A DNA stretch of 64,000 nucleotides, taken from assembly GCA_964188305.1 (NCBI GenBank), contig OZ076893.1, one strand, 5' to 3'. The stretch comes from Podarcis bocagei. Its lineage: Eukaryota. Each line of letters opens with the position of its first letter. Within the stretch, counting starts at the first letter, position 1. Position numbers and translations under genes: made by a program. Positions 13,956 to 22,511 of this stretch are shown piece after piece. The notes beneath the pieces were generated by a model that ran no database searches, was not told the DNA's origin, and worked only from the letters and a program-made list of their open reading frames with translations.

Positions 13956-14480
13956 CTGTGTTGGCAAACACATTTCTTGCCACTGGTCAGTGTCTGAAAT
14001 TATTCTTGCACAAAATCTTGATTGGGCAGCACAGGCTCTTGATGCACAACATTGATTTAACTTGACTGCTTTCTTAGTGTTGACCTATAGGTTCCCTGGT
14101 GAATTCCAAGTACCATTAGAAACAACTTTTCAGAGCATCAAATGAAAAGGGAGCTTCATTTACAAAAACAGCTGTTGCCAAGCAGGTTTAGGTTAGGACC
14201 ATGGTGCAGGAACGAAATCCAATCATTTGCTCCCATACTAGTTCCAGAAGCAGACCCATAAGCCTTCTCTTCCATATGTTCCCCAATATGATTCAGGGTC
14301 CAGTTTGGCATTTTTGGAGTGGCCTGGGATGATCTAGGCTCCAAACTGGTTTGTGGGCCTTTCATAGCCATGCAATCAGGGGACATGGGAAAGATATGCC
14401 TCCCCTCCCTCCTCTCTGGACCATGTATTTAATCAGGTTTTAGGACTTTGTGGTCAGGGGTAGGATGGAAGAGACATTTA

Positions 14481-15801
14481 CCGTATTTTTCGCCCCATAA
14501 GACGCACCGGCCCATAAGACGCACCTAGATTTTAGGGGGGGAAATAAAGGGGAAAAAATTTATTTCCCCCCCAGGTGCGCTGCGCTAATCCAGAAGCTTG
14601 GGGCAAGCTGAGGTCAGCGCGCCCCAAGCTTCTGCGTGCCGGCAAGCAGTCCGCTGCCGCCCCAAGCCTCCCGCACCCGGCAGGAGGTCCCGCTGGGTGC
14701 GCAAGGCTTGGGGCGGCAGCGGACTGCTTGCGCGCACCTAGAAGCTTGGGGCGTGCTGAGCTCAGCACGCCCCAAGCTTCTGCATGCTGGCAAGCAGTCC
14801 GCTGCCGCCCCAAGCCTCCCGCACCCGGCAGGAGGTCCCGCTGGGTGCGCAAGGCTTGGGGCGGCAGCGGACTGCTTGCGCGCACCTAGAAGCTTGGGGC
14901 GTGCTGAGCTCAGCACGCCCCAAGCTTCTGCATGCCGGCAAGCAGTCCGCTGCCGCCCCAAGCCTCCCGCACCCGGCAGGAGGTCCCGCCGGGTGCGCAA
15001 GGCTTGGGGCGGCAGCGGACTGCTTGCGCGCACCGAGAAGCTTGGGGCGGGCTGAGCTCAGCACGCCCCAAGCTTCTGCATGCCGGCAAGCAGTCCGCTG
15101 CCGCCCCAAGCCTCCCGCACCCGGCAGGAGGTCCCGCTGGGTGCGCAAGGCTTGGGGCGGCAGCGGACTGCTTGCGCGCACCTAGAAGCTTGGGGCCAGC
15201 TGAGCTCAGCCCGCCCCAAGCTTCTAGGTGCGCGCAAGCAGTCCGCTGCCGCCCCAAGCCTCGCGCACCCAGCGGGACCTCCTGCCGGGTGCGGGAGGCT
15301 TGGGGCGGCAGCGGACTGCTTGCGCGCACCGAGAAGCTTGGGGCGGGCTGAGCTCAGCTGGCCCCAAGCTTCTAGGTGCGCGCAAGCAGTCCGCTGCCGC
15401 CCCAAGCCTCGCGCACCCAGCGGGACCTCCTGCCGGGTGCGGGAGGCTTGGGGCGGCAGCGGACTGCTTGCGCGCACCGAGAAGCTTGGGGCGGGCTGAG
15501 CTCAGCTGGCCCCAAGCTTCTAGGTGCGCGCAAGCAGTCCGCTGCCGCCCCAAGCCTCGCGCACCCAGCGGGACCTCCTGCCGGGTGCGCGAGGCTTGCA
15601 GACACTCGCCCGAAGCAGGGGGAGCCCTCCAGAGGGCTCCCCGTGCTTCGGGCGACAGGCTGCCGCCCCAAGCCTCGCGCACCCGGTCGGACCTCCTGCC
15701 GGGCGCGCGAGGCTTGCAGGCATTCGCCCCATAAGACGCACCCCGATTTCCCCTTCATTTTTGGAGGGGAAAAAGTGCGTCTTATGGGGCGAAAAATACG
15801 G
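14481..15801. mobile_element. Non-autonomous Tc2/pogo-like DNA transposon (1321 bp) carrying an internal palindromic tandem array
   Basis: TA TSDs at 14479-14480 and 15802-15803. Perfect 27-bp TIR CCGTATTTTTCGCCCCATAAGACGCAC (14481-14507 / 15775-15801). Extra CCCATAAGACGCACC copies near 14511 and 15728. No transposase ORF. Confidence 0.92.
14592..15720. repeat. GC/CpG-rich 148-bp tandem repeat, about 7.5 units, each made of two hairpins
   Basis: AGAAGCTTGGGG...CCCCAAGCTTCT starts at 14592, 14740, 14888, 15036, 15184, 15332 and 15480 (exact 148-bp period). Confidence 0.95.
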
Positions 15802-18131
15802 TATATGCTGTCTGGGAGCATCCTTCTGCCCCACACTGTTTCTTGCTGCCAGACCATCTCCCCCCTTTTGACAGACCTAGATCACTCTGGGTGGATCTGA
15901 TCCAGAGTAATCTGGGACTGCTGAGAGTTCTTGTCCTATGTTATTTAACCCAAAGATGCTGAGGATTGGTACATAAATAGGGATGTTCCTGCTTGAAAGG
16001 GGGAAAGTAGCAGCATAGAGCAAAGCACCAGCAAGAAGAATGAAATCAACAATAATATAGCGAATAAATAAATCGGAATTGATGTCATGTTTGTGAAACG
16101 AGTGGAATGTTTGTCACACATAATAGGGTAGGTGTGAGCTCCTGCAACATTTTCCCCCTCACATCTTTTTTGGGGATTTTGTAGGATTGCAATGAACAAG
16201 CTACTCTGGGACAAGAGCTCACTAGCTTGGTTATCTTTGAGTTCTCACATGTTCTTGGCTTAATTTCTATCTTTGGTGACTATTTTTGGCTGGGTGAATT
16301 AAATGTTAATGTGGTTGGAGTGAGTGTCAAAAGTGTCCCACAATGGATTGAGATCATGAGCACACCAGATGTTTCACTAACATTATTTGCAGTGGTGTGC
16401 TAGAGTTTTATGCATGTCTCTTATAGGTTCTGAGTGCCTCGTTTTAGTAAGGAAGACAGGTCATGCTATACTTTCCTGCTACAGAATGTAAAGGTGACTA
16501 CTGTTCAGCTGAAGTTAAGTTCTGTATACAAAAATATAACAAGGGAGAAGAATCGCAACGCCTTATAGAAGATATGAGGATGAATTCTGAAGAGCTCTTA
16601 TGACTAAACCTAATGTAATTTACAAGAAGGATTGCCTTCAGGGAATGAATTGTAGATGCTTGGGTATTACAAGGGGGAGAGTAGCAACCGATATTTGGAT
16701 TACTTGAACCTTCGTTTTACAAAATGTCTGGAGGAGTTTGAGAGCTCTCATGCTTATGCCTCTTACTTAGTGCCCCAAGACAGATTGTACTCATGGAATG
16801 AAATAAATGAGAATTCCATGTGGACGTAAGTGACATCCTGGACTAGGTTCAATACAAAAGAAACAAGATCCTCTTTGAAATGGTGAGGTGACCATCCAGA
16901 AATGACAGCTGAGTAATTTGCCTTGTGATTACCTACTCATGTGAGTCATAGAGCATGATGCACACAAAACATTACTCATGTTTGAAAATCAATGGGTACA
17001 AAAATAAAGAGATGAATTCTAAAGCCAGATAAGACCCAGCTTTGCCAAGGCAAATCATACCACATCCTCCATTCTCCAATCTGCAAAGACTAGTAGTGTT
17101 ATAACAATGAACATGAAAAGTTGATAGAGTACTGTAAGTGTAATAATAAAGCGGTTGCTGCTACTAATTATTTTTAATTAAATAATAATTTTACACCACA
17201 GTTCCATATTAGCAAACCCTGGCTCACATTATCTCAAGTAAGCCTTTTAATACATCTCAACCATTTGTGGGTTTGCAAATTACAACAGCAATTTGGATAC
17301 AGGACAGAATCTTCAGCAGTTCCTCCTATGCCCTCTTGGCCAGAGGAAACGGCCCTTCTGCCATCAGTATCTGAAGACGAGCAGCATCTCCAACATTCCT
17401 ATCTTGTAAAAGGTTGTGATTACAGAACAAGGGATCCTGCCCCTTGTCCAGGCAGCTCCCACAGAAGGGGAGGTCTTTCCAGCTTTCAAAAGGCTCCAAG
17501 CAGCATCTCTGCTATGGCAACATCCCGTTATTACCCACAATGAAGAGTGGGAGGAAGGGCTATAGGCAGCAGAACTCACTGGGAGCTATCCATGGTCCTG
17601 ATAGGGCTGCCTGAATCTGGACATGCCTGCCATGTCAAGCTATAAGTTTCTTTTATATATAGCCTTGTAAATATGTCTTGTATGTTACAAACTTCTTGTG
17701 GGGTTTTTTAATCAGTGTTTCAGTTCGAAGAAGCACTGTGCATGCCCGTGCACTTAGAAATTGCAAGCCTATTTGTTTGCAAAGGAAGGCCTCCACAAGT
17801 CAGCCCACCTTTTCTACGAGATCCACCAAAACCGCTACCCAGTCTGCACCAAGTCCTACGCCATCAACCACTTCCCCAAAAGGATGGCATTGAAGACAGA
17901 CTTCTGTCTGTGACAATAAAGGGAATGCTAACTCACTTGTTAAAACTCGTCTGCTTGTAACAAATTTAATAGCCATCAGTAAGCACAAACTGGTTGTTCC
18001 TACATTTGAGTGTGGAATAATGAGGTTAAGCTAATGCAACTTCAATCAGAGCATCTCTCTTAAGTTCCCACCCTTTGCAGGAAGCTGCTGTCTCCTGGAT
18101 AAATTTAGAGCTGATTTCGTTGTGCATTGAT

Positions 18132-18481
18132 TAAAGGTAAAGGGACCCCTGACTGTTAGGTCCAGTTGCGGATGACTCTGGGGTTGCACTGGTCATCTCG
18201 CTTTACTGGCCGAGGGAGCTGGCATTTGTCCGCATACAGCTTCTGGGTCATGTGTTCAGCTTCCGGGTCATGTGGCCAGCAGTGCACGGAAATGCCGTTT
18301 ATTTTCCCGCCAGAGTGGTACCTATTTATCTACTTGCACTTTGACATGCTTTCAAACTGCTAGGTGGCAGGAGCATGGACCGAGCAACGCGAGCTCACCC
18401 TGTCACGGGATTCGAACCGCCAACCTTCTGATAGGCAAGCCCTAGGCTCTGTGGTTTAGACCACAGCGCCACCAGCATCCC
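18132..18481 (-). mobile_element. Sauria SINE (tRNA-derived head, ACCTTT-type tail)
   Basis: Reverse complement resembles 31606-31959; TSD GTGCATTGA at 18122-18130 and 18482-18490. Confidence 0.9.
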
Positions 18482-18559
18482 GTGCATTGAATAACAGTAC
18501 AATCAAATTCTCTCCTCCCCTGCCTCATTGCTCCAGTTCACGTACTCTCAGTATGAGGC

Positions 18560-18697
18560 AGCAGACTCTTTCCTTGGAGGTTTATAAGCAGAGACTGGAT
18601 GGCTATCTATCATGTATGATCTGGTTGAGATTCTTGCATTGCTGGGGGTTAGACTAGATGGCCATTGGGATCCCTTCCAACTCTGGAATGGTATGAC
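18560..18697 (+). mobile_element. CR1 LINE 3' end fragment
   Basis: ccttggaggtttataagcagag...gattcttgcattg...ggttagactagatg...gggatcccttccaactct; similar to 50020-50267. Confidence 0.7.
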
Positions 18698-19399
18698 TGG
18701 CAAGTTATAGCCCTTCATATGTCACTATAGAAATGGCACACATGCAGGCCAGCACTTCTACTACCCCAAGCATTTAAAATAGTTTGTAGTTTACTGTGAG
18801 GCTATTAGTGTGACATGAGAATAGCTACTGTACCCTCATGGGTATGAATTTTTATTTCAGAGCCGAGGCTTTAAAGGTAGTGTATGCAAGGGAATGTATT
18901 CCTTGTGACACTTAACAGTGCTATTTGCATTCTGTTGGTGAGAAAATTCTACTGGTTCAATAACATAAGTTAATGATTTTCATTTGCTTTTATGCAATAC
19001 ATGGGCTGGATTTTCTTCAAGGGTGCTGCTAGTGTACTTTCTCCTGGAGCTTGAGACACAACATAGAACAGATTGTCTCCTTTTCAAAATGGCCTTGATT
19101 TTCTGTGGTGAGCCGTTACATGCCAACAGTTTACCACAGAGACAAATGCTACGTGATGTGAAGCAGCCTTTGTCTTGCAGCTGTGATGTGCGCAGCAATC
19201 TTAACTTCAGTCATTTTGGCTCCTCACTCGACTTCATCGGCTCCTTTTCTTTACCTTGACACTATAATGATATGACTCCTGACTTAGCTACTAGGCTTGC
19301 TCATGAAACTGCCAAAATGTACTATATAGACTGGGAAGGAACAACACGGTTTCTCACTACAGCTTGCTTTCACATGTTACACCCTAAAGATGTCTTATA

Positions 19400-19617
19400 C
19401 AGCGGTACCTCGGGTTAAGAACTTAATTTGTTCTGGAGGTCCGTTCTTAACCTGAAACTGTTCCTAACCTGAGGTACCACTTTAGCTAATGGGGTCTCCT
19501 GCTGCCGCCGTAGCACAATTTCTGTTCTCATCCTGAAGCAAAGTTCTTAACCTGAGGTACTATTTCTGGGTTAGCAGAGTCTGTAACCTGAAGCGTCTGT
19601 AACCCGAGGTACCACTG
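19400..19617. mobile_element. Tigger/pogo-like MITE, family A, copy 2
   Basis: TA|CAGCGGTACCTCGGGTTA ... TAACCCGAGGTACCACTG|TA. Confidence 0.88.
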
Positions 19618-20568
19618 TACAGACTAGCTCAGTATTGTGCACAATGACAGTCAGTAGTTCTCCAGAAATTTAGACGGGATATTCCTAGCTCTTCCTGGAG
19701 ATGCCAGAGCCAGAACCAGAGACCTTTTGCTCTACCACTGAGCCAAGACCCCGAGTATACAAAATCATTTTCTGCTACTGCTGTTCTGCAATGAAAAGCA
19801 TTAATGAAGGACAGTCAATTAGCTACATTTTTTTCTATGATCAAGAGAATGCATACTAGTAATTTCTCATCAAGGACTGATACAAGAAGCTAACGGAAAT
19901 GAAAAACGTATATAAATGGCACATGAGAAATGGAAAGGAACCACTGAGTAATTTAGTACCACCTCCTCACTGTGCGTGTGCTGTTTATTCAAATTACGAA
20001 GATATAGATGACGTTTGTTGTTGTGGAATTAGATGAAGCAAGGTGGCAGTGCATAGCACTCATATTTCCATAAGCTAGTCAGGCTGCGATATCCAACAAG
20101 TATGTAAACTGCATATTTTTCAGCTGACTGTTCAGAATCATTACTGAATATGTTAGGGTTTTGTTTGACAGAATTTCCATTTTAGACACACATAAAGATT
20201 ATAAAATGAAACAGATGACAAATATTCCTGAAAAGCCAAGGCCATCACTGGGTGTTTATATTCTAAATCTATGACTTAATATTCTTATAGCTCTTCTGAG
20301 AGCCTGGTGTAAGCAAGGAACAACTTCTTCCCAGGATGAGTATTTACAGGAATGTACGTTCCGTTCTGAGTAATTTAAAAGAGGAGTGGCTTCAAATGTT
20401 ATGAGAAGTGCTGATAGGTGGATGCACAAAGTGGCACCTGCTTCTGCCTTCTCATTTTCAGTGTCCTGAATTAACAGGGTTTTTTGCAAGGAGGAAGTCC
20501 AACTTTAGTTATAGTTTCCCTCTCCACACAAAATACCACCCCACCCGCCACTTTGAGACCTTACAGTC

Positions 20569-20777
20569 CAGGGGTGCCCAAACTTTTTCAAAGAGGATCA
20601 AACTTTTTTCCAAAGAGGACCAAAGTGAACATGCGTGAGGGCCGACCACAGTTGTTGCGCTTTTAAAAAAATGTTTACCCCAAAATTGTTCAGTTGTTTT
20701 TTTTAGAATTTTACCCCAGGACATATACTGCCACGGGGGCCAGATTAGGCCCCCAAAACAGACTCTGGACATGCCTG
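20569..20777. mobile_element. Degraded hAT (Charlie-like) MITE
   Basis: CAGGGGTGCCCAAACT ... GGACATGCCTG termini; CCTTACA occurs near both ends. Confidence 0.5.
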
Positions 20778-21289
20778 CCTTACACAGAATATGCAAAAGG
20801 AAATATCTCCACAAACCAAGGTATGAAGATAGGATCTGACCCTGGCTTCATATCATAGCTCGGCAAGAGCTCTCAAGTCACAGTCACTCAGTTTGGGTGT
20901 CATCGGAAACTGGGGGCTTAAGAAACAACAAAAATCTTCACTGAAACCAGGGATGCAAGGAAACAGCTTGTTCCTGCCCACGGACCCACAGTTCATCAGA
21001 CTGGAATGATAACATTTGAAAAGGGCCACTACTATTTTTGCTTATTTTACTTCTGTGTGGTGAAAAGAAAAAGTGCAGTAATGTGTATCTTTGTCATCGA
21101 GTGTCTATTTATAGTGCCCCTATATCCAGAGCAAAGAGCTCAGGGTTACATACAGTTCACAAGATTTCCAGAAGTTTTGAAACTCTTGGACATTAAATGT
21201 AGATTGAATTCTACAATTATTCTTCTATGGAATTACAAAGAAGAGTTAGGAAGATACTGTGCATGAAGAAAAATGGTTAGAACAAACAC

Positions 21290-22433
21290 TATTTTGCCTT
21301 GTCCCAAGCAATTTATTTGAACCATTTTACTTAGATGTTTTGCTGTGCAAACATGAACTCTCATTAGAATTATGAGCTTTGCCATACACTGAAAGTTTCA
21401 GAATGCTGTTTCTTTTGAAATAATACAGGCATTTTATATTCATACAAATTATCTTATACATTTAAATTTAAAATTTACAAGAACAGTCTTGGATAGAACT
21501 GTCGTACCACACGGGCATTTAAAAAGCATGCAGACCATTTAGACATTTACAGGTTCAAATCTTTATTGTTTGAAAATTCTACGTGTCTTTTACAATACAA
21601 TAATTTGTTACTTCAATGACCTTTTCATAGTTAATGTACAATGGATTCTTTTTTTCCTGAACCTCAGCCATGAAATATAATTTTATCAATATGATTTTTC
21701 TAAATAGATTAATACACGACTTCTCTGTGGATTGGGAAGGTTCAGGTGCTTCTTTTAAATACAAGAGCACATCTGCTTCCCTTCAAAATTCTGTGATCAA
21801 TCCTTTGAAAAAGCTTTACCTATTGCTGTTTCGTATCAGTCCAACATTTTTCTTCTCTCTCTCTCTTCTATTAAAGGGCTTTGTAACACCAGTTGCAGTA
21901 GTTACCTTTTCATCTACTGAGGCAAACTCATGTTGAAGAAACTTATGATTATCTGCATGCAATGAACACTCCTCTTTAAATAACTGATGAATTTATACAT
22001 ATTATAAAGAATCTGTTAAAGAGTGCAAGTATTTTGATAATGATTTCACAAAAGGTCATATGCTGGTAATAATGGTAGCTAACATTTAACACCTAATAGG
22101 AACTAATGTATATTTAACAGGCTATTAGCATGGCTAGTAAATAAGCCATGATATGTAAGATTTGCCCTTTCAGAAAATGAACTCATTTGGTCCACACTTC
22201 TAAAGTTATCCAGGTAAAAAAATTGGAACAGTTAGGCCAGACGTTGTGATGAAATCCTTGTTTCTAAAATGTAACACATTAAAAAGGAAGAAGGGAGGGG
22301 GGACAGTATTACATTGTGGAGCATTGTCATGGGACCTCAGTATAAAAAGATGATGGCCTGCTACTTGGGAGTGGTGAATGAGCACTGAAGGCCAGGCCAG
22401 AAAAAAATGGTGATGAGGAGTTTCCATCATGTG
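21290..22433 (-). other. RB1CC1: RB1CC1 3'UTR (approximate end)
   Basis: AT-rich stretch after the stop with no obvious TE; minus-strand AATAAA at 21567-21562 and 21317-21312. Confidence 0.6.
21312..21317 (-). terminator. Candidate polyadenylation signal AATAAA for RB1CC1
   Basis: tttatt on +; a GU/U-rich element (GTGTTTGTT...ATTTTT) follows ~25 nt downstream on the minus strand. An alternative proximal signal lies at 21562-21567. Confidence 0.55.
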
Positions 22434-22511
22434 TTATACTTTCTTGTTCCATGGCACTGCTTTTACTCTGTAGAATTTTGTACCCAAAGGAACTTTAAAT
22501 CTGTTTTGTGC
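22434..22511 (-). CDS. RB1CC1: RB1CC1 coding exon 22 (terminal)
   Basis: AQNRFKVPLGTKFYRVKAVPWNKKV* (TAA at 22436-22434); 78 nt. Confidence 0.96.
   Translation of the reverse strand, partial: AQNRFKVPLGTKFYRVKAVPWNKKV

Noticed and set aside
14592-15521. CRISPR-like appearance (regularly spaced palindromic repeats)
   Set aside because: The intervening sequences are near-identical, not unique spacers. There are no cas genes, the context is vertebrate, and the array is bounded by transposon TIRs.
14575-15720. CpG island suggesting a gene promoter
   Set aside because: The CpG richness lies entirely within the transposon and no adjacent exon was found.
14532-15900. Stack of ~139-aa ORFs on both strands (MRASSPLPPQA...)
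   Set aside because: Artefact of a GC-rich, stop-poor palindromic repeat with a 148-bp period (not a multiple of 3). Near-identical peptides appear on both strands and there are no transposase motifs.
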